A stretch of 47,830 nt of DNA, the filler included, from Catajapyx aquilonaris (lineage: Eukaryota), in NCBI GenBank assembly GCA_000934665.2. It is 2 parts of 2 records of this genome, joined end to end, with 100 filler letters (N's around TTAATTAATTAA, not from the genome) between each part and the next. Parts side by side here need not be neighbours in the genome. Positions count along the whole stretch, not along the records: positions 1 to 23,842 come from JYFJ02005611.1; positions 23,943 to 47,830 come from JYFJ02005612.1. One strand, written 5' to 3'. Shown here one piece after another: positions 11,901-24,042 of the stretch. Below the pieces are notes generated by a model. That model saw only the letters and a program-made list of their open reading frames with translations. It searched no databases and was not told the DNA's origin. Made by a program: the position numbers and the translations under genes. The first letter of the stretch is position 1; each line of letters opens with the position of its first letter.

Positions 11901-12471
11901 CCCACCCGCTGCACCACCCGTGCTTTCCCCTGCATGTCCGCCATCTCCTGATGCTTACCAAGACCGGTCCCCAGAGCAACGTTGGCTCAGCTCCCTCCGC
12001 TCCACGCTAGGCCTAAAAAGCACTGCATTGTATCATCCAGTCAGAAGGTCCCAATCTAACACTTCGACATCACCTATGCACATGGCATTTGAAATGAACC
12101 TGGATGACGCTCCTTTGACACCTCCTCCGCCTCCGCCTCCTGCAAAACCCACCGCATTTAAGCAGCTCAAGCAGCTGCTCTCCCCTCGTCCCCACCGACG
12201 TCCTCCCCCACCGGAGAGTGTCTTTGTGCTCCCCCCTGCCCTGCCCCCTGCCCCGATCCCAGCACCCACCATGGGGGTGGCAATGATTGGGAAGCAGCGA
12301 CGCACCCCTCCACCCTCAGCCCCACCTGTACCCGACTACCCTCACCTAAAATATCCCCCAATATTTGAACCTGGAACCTACTCACTTCGGGCTTCTACAT
12401 CGTCTTCCGGCTCAACCTCCATGGCTTCTGTCAAGCGGGTGCCTTCAGACCTGCAGCCACGGAAGGTGTAA
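8968..12471 (+). CDS. cnk: Connector enhancer of KSR (CNK/CNKSR) scaffold; exons 8968-9401, 9879-11549, 11682-12471; 964 aa
   Basis: SAM (WECEQVGEWVRGL...VGHQELLLEALEQL), CRIC (LLSWLHRPPF), PDZ ([26 protein letters not shown]), PH (LEGWLYK...WSKRWFVL...AFKL...FYFAADSKEE...W), and proline-rich tracts. Both introns are phase 2 GT-AG; AATAAA at 12568. Confidence 0.93.
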
Positions 12472-12968
12472 CCTGCCACCTGCATACTCGGATTAATACG
12501 TTATTGTTTTGCACCGACTAACACTAGTTGCTCAAGTTTATGCTTACTCGACAATGGTCACATTTGCAATAAACCATGTTGTACTTTACATGTGGTTGTT
12601 GTTGATTGTTGTTACAATATCCAGTTACATGTCGCAATTCACAAGATTTTCTTGGAATTTGAAATGCCGCAGCATGCCCTTGGCAATAGAAAAGGATCTC
12701 AGGAATCGTTGGGTGCTAGTACACCTGCCGCTTTTATTAAAAGGACTACACTGCTTCACAGATGGTTTACGAGAGGAGATGCAAAGAGGAGCAGGAGAAT
12801 TAAGCCAGTGTCAGTCTGAGCAGCAATTGAACCTGACATGTGAGGACTGGAGGGTAGCAAGGGAGGGAAGAGGAGCAGGAGCGGGGAGGAAGGAAGGCAC
12901 GTGGATTTTGCTCTGCCAGAGTCCGTGACGTACTGCAAATAATGTCGTATAGGAGGTCCAGGCCTGGG

Positions 12969-15846
12969 TCAGACGGAGGTCTCGAAAGTGACCTCTCTTC
13001 CGCCTCCCGGATGGCTCATGGCAGCGGTGGCAGTAGGGTTGACGTGCCCTTCCATCCTGGGGGGGCCGCCCATGGGCAGTTGGCCCCGCATGGACGGAGG
13101 CAGCAGGCGAGGGCTCCTGAACGCGGTGGAGGCCAAGCTGCGAGCTGGGGATGACCCAGCTAGAAGAAACATAAGCATGATCACATCCGTGTCTTATCAA
13201 TTTTTAAAAACTGCATTTGTACATAACCTCCACATTTAAATAAGGTCAGGCTTGTCAGACTGTATCATCTCATCTGCAGGTAACATCCACCAGAGCACAA
13301 AGTGCCCCCCTGTTAGTGCACCCTTCCCCTTTGATAGGCTTCCATTGAATGGGCACAATAAATAACTGAATTTCCCAGAAGAGTGACAATCAGATTGGGA
13401 CGTCCCTTTTGTGCTCCAGCGTTTGTTACCCTCTGTAAAGGCATTCGCTCTGCAAATAGCTTTTCCTAATCAGACCCGCTATCTGGATACGTGGGTGTTG
13501 TCTATCTCCGACGAGCAAAATCAATAGCCGTCCCATCATTCGCTATGAACACACTTTCGAGAACTAATAATGCACAAGCCGTGCTTGCATGCTAATTGAT
13601 TTTTCAGTGGCAATGGCACTGTTTGCATGTCGCTGACAACAAACGTTACGCCAACACTGCGGTTGTGATTTTTCTGGCGCCTTGCCAGCAGGCACGTGTG
13701 GAAGTTGGTGTGACATTTAGTCCAGCTTGCGTTTCCGTAGTGACAGTGTCGTAATACCTCTACAGTGCGGCTATTGATGTGCATGTCAGATAAACGTGAG
13801 CAGTTATAAGCACCTCTATGGAGAACAAATTGAGCCAACCAGTCGGAGGGCTATGTGCAATAAATATTCTAAATTAGTTACATGTAGGATGTGACTAACT
13901 GTTTGAGTATATAGAGGAGGCCCTTCGGTCTGACAGCTGAGGGTGATGGAGGCGCCAGCAGTGCGACCGGACATGTCCCTTGGTTCCAGTGTTCACGGCA
14001 TCAACTGAGAGGGAGCGGTTCATTCCCTGTCTCCATGGGTCGTGGGGGCCGCCCCGAGTCCCATCCTGGCTGCTGGTGCTGGCCCCTCCGCCTGAGGACG
14101 ATGAGGGACCCAGGTGCTCATTCAAGGAGTACAGCTTGTGCGTGATGTCCTTTCCCACCAGGTTGTACATCACAGCCTCCAGGTGAGGGCGGTCCTCCAG
14201 CACAGTTCGGAGCTTGCGCCGGGGCCAGCACAGGTATGTGCTTGGCTCCTCTGCCGTCACCGTCACCTGCGTACCAGACATGTTACTATGCAATTCCTTA
14301 GAAGTTGATTACAAATCAAAGGTCATACCTGGAAGACCTCATCCGAGTCATCAGCGCAGGCCTCCCACTCTGGCGAATCCACAAACTGGTTGGCCTGGAT
14401 GTAATGCAAATGGGTTTGTTCGCAGCTGACACGCAACCTGTAACGACAACCATGTGTGTAGCAATCTGTGGTGAAAGCACCACCACCGTCGTCATGAACG
14501 ATTCAGTGATATATGTTGTACTAACAAGTAAGATGTGACACATTGCAAAGAGCACAGTTTGAACCCCATGTATCATTCACGTTCACTGTCGCCATATACG
14601 ACAACTCAATTCCTCATCATAGCAGGTCGCGTGTGACACTTGCTCAATGACTGCATATTAACTCATCAAAAAGGATAACGTTAAGAAATTATATCCCTCT
14701 TAATGGCTCTTGCAAAAGGAGAGACATGATCATGTTGACACTTGCGTGCAGATAAGATACACCTGACTGATTAGTTACATCCTACTACAATGTCAAAGAT
14801 GGTATGTCAAAAAAGAAAGATAATTTACTCACTTTCCTTTTAACAATATGGAAAGTCTTGGCCCCACAGGAGTGACCTCCTCCACCGCATACGTCTCCCC
14901 TGGTTCCAATGTCAACATTTGGGCGTCTCTCGTCATGTCACGAAAATGTTGCTTGTTCACTTTGAGCGGCTGAAATACCTGTTTGAAACCAAAGAAAAAA
15001 CACTTCATATCAAGTGCTGCACTCCGCTATTATTGTTCAGTGGTGCATTATAGTAATGAATTGCCCTCCACTTTCAAAATACAACGCTCATGGTAAATAT
15101 AGCAGGACATGTTACCTTTTGTCAACGATAGTGAACAGTTTGGCAAAATAATCAACAAATTGCTCGCCTATTTACCACGTAGTAGTATTATTAACGGATA
15201 GATGGCGCATACGCCCTCTGCCCACTCCTGCCACCTGTGCCAGAGAGTGCGATACTATCAGGTCGGACAAACATCCAACGAGTATGTCCCTTACCTTGAG
15301 GTACAGATCGACGAGTTCTGGTCGCAAGCAGGTGGGCACGAGTCGGTAAGCGATGATGAGGGCGTGTGCGAGGTTGGCGGCGCAGAAGGCTGCGTTCCAG
15401 GCGAGGGCGTCCGGGGCGCACATGGAGAGGGCTGCCCACAGCATGGCCAGGAGGAAGCCCACGGTGAGGGTCAGACGCATGATGAGGACACTCTGGCGGA
15501 AGTTGTGAGGGATCAGGAAGGCCGCCGCTAAGAAAAGGTTGGCCGCCTGGAACAATGTGTGCTGGGCGCCCTCCCACTCGGTGCAGAACTGGAGCCTGGT
15601 GAAGACACCAGTGCGGTTGCCCCCGAGGGAACCGTTGCCCATCAGGGCCGCGTCCATACCATCGTCCAGCCCTCCTGGACCCCACAGTCCCACGCCCCAT
15701 GCCAGACCCCATCTGTTCTCTATCCATGGAAAGCTCAGGTTGACCCCTGCTGCTTCGGGCCATGACTCCGGAAGGTCGTCCTCCGTGGTGGTGCTGGCGG
15801 GTTCCTCCCAACTAGAGGAGTTGGTGGAGTCTGTCGGGATCCTCAT
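12969..15846 (-). CDS. BVES: Popeye domain-containing protein, POPDC1/BVES-like; exons 15846-15295, 14978-14833, 14437-14329, 14266-13900, 13159-12969; 454 aa
   Basis: Three TM segments followed by a Popeye domain with RLSILLKGK, FVDSPEW, FQVT and GKDITHKLYSLN. All four junctions are GT-AG and phase-compatible (0, 2, 0, 1). The last exon is the least certain. Confidence 0.9.
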
Positions 15847-18800
15847 GGCAATCGGAGGAGGGTATAAAAGAGGGGTCGGGGCTGCCCAACCACCGCTATC
15901 AGAAATGCAATACCAAGAGACCCAGGAGCTTCGAGGATGGGTCTCTCTTCAGGTTCGGAAGCAGCATAATCACAGGACCAGCCACTGCCGATGGGGGGAT
16001 TTACAAAAGCTACGATTCCAGACCAGGATCACACCTGTCAACAAAGAAGTTGGCATTACTATTGTTGCCCCCAAGACATTGCCCCCTGTAAATCAGGCAA
16101 TATGTACGGCAACAGAGGCTCATAGGTTACCTGGCTTCCAGGATGAAACAATCCAACCGAGGATTATTAACATAGTGATTAAAAAATCTAGCTGGAAAGT
16201 GTCCTACATATAGGACAGTGGGTCGACCAGCTACTCATTTTTGCGTGCAATAATTTTGCAATTTTGTTATTTTTTTCGGGCATTGCAAACGCTTTACATC
16301 ATTTTCAATGTACAAAAAACCGGGCGGAGGAAAACTTGACAGAAAGGGCCGGTTGTATGGTGTACGTGTAACGATAAAAGCGTCGCAAATTTATAGCCTT
16401 TTTAGTCTGAAAAAAGTAATGTCGTATATATGGGAACAGATAAGATCAATGGAGCTGAAGAAAAGTCGGCAGTCTACAGCGTACCATAATGGAAAGTAGA
16501 TCTAGGTTAATGTTCCTTTCATGATGAGTTGTCTACTGATGTCCCCCCAAGATGTATCGGTTGATGGTGACGTTACAGGCGCCAGCGATTGTTAATATGT
16601 TTATAGTTCGTCCAATCGCATGTTGAGGAGAAAATTGGATCCCCCACTTTAACCCCCCCCCCCCCCCCACGCTAACTTATAATGCAATTTGATTGTCGGA
16701 CGAACAAGCAGCCATTTCGCATATCGAATTTTGTCCCCACGCAATGACACTTAGTGACGTGTCATTTCATGGGAGAAGGCTCTACCGAATTGCTAAGTAT
16801 GGCTCTTACAGTATGAACACTTGTTGCTTGAGGAATGTAAGCTACCACCAATGAAATTAACCACATTAATTGGTTTTAAAAAATTATTCATATTGATGAA
16901 TTTATTTATACGTTTTTCCAAAGATGTCGCACTGTCAGTGTCAATTGGCATAAAAATGCTATTTTTGACACATATTGGGTCTAATTTTTCATTCCACTGT
17001 GTAATACTTCAAATTCGTTGCATACACACTGATAAATATTGCATCTTACGAAGCAATCTCGTGCATATGTAAAACAGAAGTTTGTTTGCATGTATGACCT
17101 AACCCACTTCGGAGTACTGAGAGTCTTGAAACTGACGTCTTACATGCCGCTGATTCCGGGAAAAGTCCGAAAATCGCACTTTTTTGAGTCTAAATGCCCA
17201 AAATTTATGATTCTTAAATGATGTTTGGTTAACTTCGGCAACTGTAGCACATTTGTTAATTTTTGACCAAATTGACCTCGGAATTGACCAGTTGAAGATC
17301 ACTCTACAGTTTGTGTGAACTGGGGGGGTCAATACCTCACAGACCATAATACCAACAGGGTACATGTGTCCCAAATGCGTCATTCGGGAGGTCAATAACT
17401 CCCTCTTCAAAACCCCCACAAGAATGCCAACACAATCTATACGCATTGTTCCCACCTCCGACCTCATTTCCCCCCTACACTAGATCAGATAGCACCTTCC
17501 ACACGTACTATTTCCATTTCCACCTATAACCCACCCCCTTCTTCTCCACCACCCAACCACCCCTCCCTTAAAATTGTTCCCAAGCACGCAAAGGGCACTG
17601 CATAAAGGAACATACAAAACCCCTATGGGCGATAATAGCCGACGTTGACTGGATGGATTATGGGGGCACGCCCAGGGGGGTGTTTTAGCCACGCATTTCA
17701 TATATGCCATTATGTCATCCAGATGCGTGAGGTCATGCACATTTCTGAAGGAAAAAAAATGATCGTGACCTCTCCCAATATGTGCCTGATTATTATTAGA
17801 TCTTTGTGACAATGTGGCCCACGAGGTCTTGCGGATGGCGCGTCGGTGTTGGATGGACGCCAAACAGGCCAGTTTTTGCCAGAATCTTGCCGCAGTCCAA
17901 GGGCAGGATTTTTTTTTCTTCTTCTTTGCAAACGAATACGGCGAGTCTCATGTCTGAACATGCTGAAGTAACGGTTAAAATATGACGGTTAGTTACCTGT
18001 TTTCAGGTGACGCCACCGTCCATCAGGGTGCGTATCGGGGTCGCAGAGCTGGGTGTGTGCCCAGCCGACTACTATGGCACACTAGATGGAACTTGCTGAT
18101 GGAGGCCCCCATCACCCCCCATCCACCGACGACGCCGCCGACGCCTCTGCATGCGCCACCCCTTCCCACCGACGCCGTTGCCCGGCGACGCCCTCGACGC
18201 CAGATTATCGACCATATGCCGCTTACGCCCTCTTTTTTTTTTTTTTTGGCAAGATCAGTTTTAGGGGTATTGATAGGTAAGGATAATAAATCATGAAGAG
18301 GTGAACGGCCAAGTACTGGTTTTAGGCCGGTGACACTTTGTCTATATTATTTTGGGATGGTAATAGAGTCCTGCTCGTACAGTACCTGCGATATGAAATG
18401 ATAACTACCCAATAGCATCGATTGACTTGCCATGCCCGGCCTATCTGTCATGAATCATGAAATTGGAGGATTTGTCGGGTTTACTTGCACGATATGAATA
18501 ATAAGAAGCCGCAATTTGCCAATCACGATTGTTTGTCCTTCTGAGCGGGTATTATGTATTCATGAAAATTAGGGATGTGTGGGATGTGTAGGGTACCTGG
18601 CAGAAACACACATCTGTCAGCGATAAAACTACTATGTGTGCGAAAATGCTCCAGAATTAAGGACGTCATGATTGCTCAACAAATTGCGCCACATGCCTTA
18701 TAGTGTGTGAATCAAATTAGGAAAAAAATTATCTAGCATTTACAATATGAAGATTTCTCATGTTTACACTTCTGCAGTAACTGCATAGAACCGTCTACAG

Positions 18801-19080
18801 TACAGTACAATATATCCTTCCATTTAAAAAATGCCATAAGTTGATTGAAAAAATATTTATGTCAAAGCAATGTTACTGCTGAAGATGAAATAATTTGATT
18901 TGCACTACTGCAGTCGGCTGCAGTACATTGCGTCAAACGTTCTGCATTTCAAGTCATCATTACTTCGTATAAGGTCAGTACAAGGAAGAGCGAATGGAAC
19001 AACTAGAGATGAAGGAGACAAGACATTGTTATGAAACAATATGCTGTATTTCCATCACATAATAATAATCTATACACAGT

Positions 19081-21736
19081 CTATAAGAGCTGATCAGAGT
19101 CTCTCTGATAACGAGGCAAGAGGACATTGGTTTGAGCTTTTCTATCCGCTTCGTCGTTGGGGCAAGACTCGGCGTCCTCCATGTCGCAGGAATGGTAATT
19201 GGATGACCCCGTGCCCTGGTCACACTCTGAGGCGTCGAGGTCGTCGCAAGATGGCATCTCCGGAAGTGGCTCCATCTGCTGGAGCAGCAAAGGCGCCATC
19301 TCCGGACTGACGCATCCTCCAAAGGACAGTAGCCTCCCGTTGGCCAAAGAGCTGCTTCGACTGCTTCCACCCCCTAAGGTTGTCGAGTACCTCTGTCAAT
19401 CTGTACACTCAACACTGATGCTGATGGTGCTGTGTATGTGCACCCGTGCATATATACATTCTGTGTATTATGTGCCCAGCAAGTGAAAGATGCCATTGTG
19501 AAAACAGTGTATGTACAGTACAAAGGGGGGGCGACACACGTGTGTACACTGACACGACACGGTGAACGTCACATCGACAGCGGAAAGAAGAGGTGGAAGT
19601 GCGACATATAGGAGGAAGTTACGGTGGTCATCACACGGACGAGGCGTCATGATCTGTAATATTATGACGCACACAGCTGGATTAGGTGGGTTCAACATTA
19701 AAGCACCAGTGGCAATGGCGTACGCTGGTGTACACATCAGGATCTACCAGTGTTTGGAACTGCGTACGCCTATGCCATATAAGAGGAGGAAGAGGATGCG
19801 TCACTAACTATACAGTATAGCCATGCACTGCCGTACACATTTACTTATTAATATGACAGATTGAGTGTTGACGGCAGCAACCATGCATGTCCAAGCAAGC
19901 CAGCAACTTGAGTCATACGTGCCGTTTGTGCTGTAGTAGGCCTATTTCCAGGAGACAAACATATAAGATACATTTCCAGTCTGCCTGTACCTGACTCTGG
20001 AGAGTAGCTCCTTCTCCTGCCCCCCACGTTGTTTCCGGAGATGGACACCCTGGCACTTCGAAGAGGACTCTTGCTGGTCGTAGTACCGTCGCTGCTCTCG
20101 TACAATGTCAGAGTGGACGTCAGGGAAGGCAAACGGATGTCCAGATGGGAGCCCTTTTCCGTCACAATCTGACAATGTTGAAGGACATGTTTGACACAGT
20201 ATTTGTGTACGTAATACGTTGGCAAAAAGGGAGGACTTTTTGCTACATATAGTAAAAGTAAAATGACAGGGTGCCGTACCCTCAAAATGTCATCGTAAAT
20301 ATCTGAAACGATCCCTTCGCTCCGGACTAATACCATGTAATTTGTGTTCGGACATACACGCGAGCAGTATACCTTTTTGTTCATGGCATACAACTTGGTG
20401 GTGATGTCCCTGGCAATGAGTGTGGCCATAACCGTGGCCAAGTATGGCTCCTTCACGAAAATATACTCCAAGGCGGACCTTTGCCAAAACAGGTACAGAC
20501 AAGGTGTGGCAGCAATGATGGACACCTTGAACTTGTCCTCCATGGCAGCCCTGCTGGATTCGAACTCAGGAGAGTCCAGGAACTGCTTTGGGATAATATG
20601 GTGGAGGAAGTGGCTGTCTGACATCACGTTGATCTTTCCCGAAACCAAAAGTCCCAGTCTGTCTGTCCTGGTCAGCTTCTGCATTGCGTAGGCCTCTCCT
20701 GCGTGCAGGCTTAACAGTTGGGCGTATTCGGAGCTGACAAGTCTCTTAAACAGCAGGCGTGACACCTAATGCAAACATTAGCTAATTAATTGCACTGTAT
20801 GTACACTGCACCTGTTATAAATTAAAGCATAGTGGCCTCGAAATGTCTGGAGGGCGAATCTAGCCAAACACGCAGCACATAATGTATGTCAAAGTGTGAA
20901 CCAGGCTGACCACCCTATATACATTTTGAGGTCACAATCTACAAGAAATAGAGGTCCACCCACGCTAAGAGGCTGAAATAGACAGTGGTAGATGGGCTCC
21001 AACTCTGGCTCGAACTTGACCGGTCTCATCTGGTAGATAATATACAGCATCTGTCCCATGTTGAGTATCATAAAGGCAAAGTTCCAGGAGAAGACATCAG
21101 GAGCGCAAATGATGTTCCATGCCCATGTTGAGAAAAGCAGGAAGCCAAGTATCAACACGCAATGCATGAAGAGCAATCCTCGTCTGCTGTTTGGAGCCAG
21201 GTATGATGCGAAGAAACAACCATTGGCCATCTGGAACAGGATGTGCTGGGATGGCCTCCATGTAGCACATGCCACCAGTGCACCTATCAACAAATAAGTA
21301 ACCACTAGACAATTACAAATCCCACCAAAAACCTTTCTGTAAAAAAAGGCCAAGTTCTCCTGACTGCTTGGCCGTAAAAAGTGGTGAGATCTGATAGAGA
21401 TATGCGAGATATGCGAGATGAGATCTGCGAGATATTTTCCTCCATAGCTGGGTTTATTCTACATTATTGTAATGTCATCCAGGTAGTGCAGGATACGCCC
21501 ACAATAATTTACGTTCCAAGCCAAGCTAACCACTAACGACCTTCCAATTATTTTTAAAACCCACCTTGAAACGTGGTGTTCCATGTTGTTAGCGGATTGG
21601 GATCGTCGACCGGGAAGGAAACGATGTCTCCTCCACCGATGTCCAGGTAACTGGCATTGGTCTCCGTGGGCCATAGAGGAGGAAGAGATGATGATGAGAA
21701 GAAGAGGTCGTCCCAGTCGCTCGACTCCGACGACAT
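19081..21736 (-). CDS. Popeye domain-containing protein, POPDC2/3-like; exons 21736-21565, 21283-20964, 20765-20373, 20168-19991, 19373-19081; 451 aa
   Basis: WAWNIICAPDVFSWNF, YAMQKLTRTDRLGLLVSGKI, FLDSPEF, FKVS, DITTKLYAMN, LDIRLPSL. GT-AG junctions are phase-compatible (1, 0, 0, 1). Confidence 0.88.
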
Positions 21737-22449
21737 CCTAGCGATTTCTGCGCGTTTTTTTGCACGCTGCACCCAGCAAAGTTTATACTGGCCTATCGAT
21801 CCTCACCTGAGCGCCTGCGTTTGTGGGAATAGGGCCAAAAGTGCCGCGGCCTTCGTACACTGTACAGCAGTCCGGCTTGCCAATCCCAGACGAAAAACTT
21901 GGCTACCAACGATTAATTGCGCAAAACAGTGTTGCCTCCATTTTTTTTTTAAAAAAAAATCTTCTAATCCGCCATCGGATGTTTGTCCTGATAGTACCAC
22001 TATGGCCCGCACGACATGAAAGTGGCAGGAGTGTGTCGGGGAATGGTGCGCCATCTATGCGCGAAGAATATTACTACGTGGTAAATCAGCCTCCAGATCG
22101 GCGCTATTATGCCGGACAAACATCCGATGGAGATAAATAAAGTATTAGAAGATAAATATTGCAAATTTTGGCAACGGGTTCACTAGTTCTTAAAGAAATG
22201 ACGCAGCCAGTGGACCATATTCGCAATAGTTTTATCCTTCTGGCATAGCCGAATTTCTTTCACACCAGATGTGGCATATTGCCCAGAAATGTCACAGAAT
22301 TGCACTTCGTGTGCAAACCGTAGTTGTGTAAGAACCGTCATTGTCTTTACAGTATCTGCAGTCAGATGGCAATAAAAACTTTTTTTATATCAGATTTTAT
22401 TATTTTTAATCGCAGTTTCACCAATATGACAACTGTTCCTTTCCAGAAT

Positions 22450-23107
22450 TCATGACCCAGAAACGTCAGAGTCGCCAGAAATCTCATAGTAGACTTCATC
22501 AAGGCTATTGCGGCTAGATGGTGGGGAGTCGTACAGTTCAATCCAACGTTCGAGGACGTCGGTGTTTCCCAGCTCTATTTCCTCCATTCCAGTGGTGGTA
22601 ATCACCCGGCCAGTTTCGCGAACCACGACAATAACAGTCGGGATGTTGGTCACGCCAAAGTGTTCACGAAGATCCCTGCGTCGTACATAAAATATATGGG
22701 GCATACAGTGTGTGACTTGGGCAATTACTCATTAGTACTTACAGGGCAAGAGATTCAGCTTCCCATGGAAGAGACAACCAGTCACTAGGGTGACTCTGGT
22801 AGAATTCCATCCTGTCCTCGGGAGTCTCATCGCTGCTGATGAAAATCACTTCCAGGGTAATCTCACTCTCCTTAGCCTCCTGTTATCACCAATTTAAAAA
22901 AATCCAAAATGTAATTAAATGTAATTAAGATTAAGGTACGTGACTCGCCTGGTAAATGTTGGATAGAGACGCAGCGAAAGTTTTGCAAGGTGGACACCAT
23001 CCGGCGCCAAAGTAAAAAGCCACCAAGGTAGTGTCTTCCAAGGCTTCTTTTGCAGGCACCATCTCGCCGCTTTTTGTCTCCAACAGCGCATCTTCCAGAA
23101 AGTCCAT
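22450..23107 (-). CDS. Nucleoredoxin-like/tryparedoxin-type single-domain thioredoxin; exons 23107-22949, 22879-22743, 22675-22450; 173 aa
   Basis: VAFYFGAGWCPPCKTF, LEVIFISSD, WLSLPW, FGVTNIPTVIVV..G.VIT..G. Intron 1 most likely uses a GC donor (CAG|GCGAGT); intron 2 is GT-AG. Confidence 0.9.
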
Positions 23108-23404
23108 ATCTGAGGCTATCTGCGTTCGTCTCACTTGTAAACCCCCTCAAAATTCAAAGGTCCAGGTCGTTGCCTGGCATCATTTGTTTGGACATGCTGT
23201 ATTGTTGGTTTAAGTGTTCCTACAATTTGGAGTAGCCCTAAACAATGCATAAGCAAGAGGCGCAAACATTCGATTTTTGCGTCTCTCTGTTTTGGGCGTT
23301 GCCAAGGCTGGCGGCCATTTTGAAGTGTGTGGAACGCCAACGAGGTATAAATAGGGTACAGGCACATCATGATGAGGCTCACTACATGCTGACAAAAATA
23401 CCCC

Positions 23405-23452
23405 AGCTATTATCATGGGGGACTTCAATGCTCGCGTGGGTAACGAAGTCAG
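23405..23452 (+). mobile_element. Tiny LINE apurinic-endonuclease remnant
   Basis: Translates as IIMGDFNARVGNE, the conserved APE motif; no further extension recognised. Confidence 0.4.
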
Positions 23453-23555
23453 ACTTAATTAAAATAACCACAAAATTAACGGACTAATCAACCAGCTGGT
23501 GATTTGCCCATCAGTCCATTGAGGTGGTTAACTTATTGTCTTTTGATTGATTGAT

Positions 23556-23721
23556 CAGGGGGTTAGCGCGTACGCAGTCCCCCACTACCAGAAATAGCGC
23601 ACTCGAGGTATCCACATTTGGGATACTCGCAGGGGTCAACCCAACCTTGTGTGCAATGGAAGGGTCTCACCCTGGGACAACCTCCTTGATGATCAAGGTA
23701 TGTCCTGTGCCAGGTAAGTAT
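23556..23721 (-). ncRNA. U1: U1 spliceosomal snRNA (166 nt)
   Basis: Starts ATACTTACCTGG. Loop I GATCATCAAG, U1A loop ATTGCAC, SL3 loop CAAATGT, Sm site ATTTCTGG, SL4 with a TACG tetraloop. Stems pair through compensatory changes. Confidence 0.97.
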
Positions 23722-23842
23722 GAGTTCCCAGATTTGTTGGTTGGTTTGGTTGGTTTTTAGGGAAATGCCTGGCTTGTATGGCTCTTTCGTATTGAGCCTT
23801 GGCAGCCAGGGGCCAGGAGTGTTATTGACCCTCCTTAGCCGG

Positions 23843-23942
23843 NNNNNNNNNNNNNNNNNNNNNNNNNNNNNNNNNNNNNNNNNNNNTTAATTAATTAANN
23901 NNNNNNNNNNNNNNNNNNNNNNNNNNNNNNNNNNNNNNNNNN
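23843..23942. other. Assembly gap (100 nt) containing an artificial TTAATTAATTAA spacer at 23887-23898
   Basis: N runs of 44 nt on each side of a palindromic 12-mer with stops in all six frames. Confidence 0.95.
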
Positions 23943-24042
23943 TTGATGCAACAGAGTGATGGAATGTATGTTTACGGGCATGGGCTAGCTAGTTATGAAC
24001 AAAAATCCCAAATCCCAGACCAAGGCTAGTTCCCCATTCTTT

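Noticed and set aside
8638..12385. Antisense and alternative-frame ORFs over CNK
   Set aside because: Expected shadows of GC-rich, low-complexity coding sequence; no motifs.
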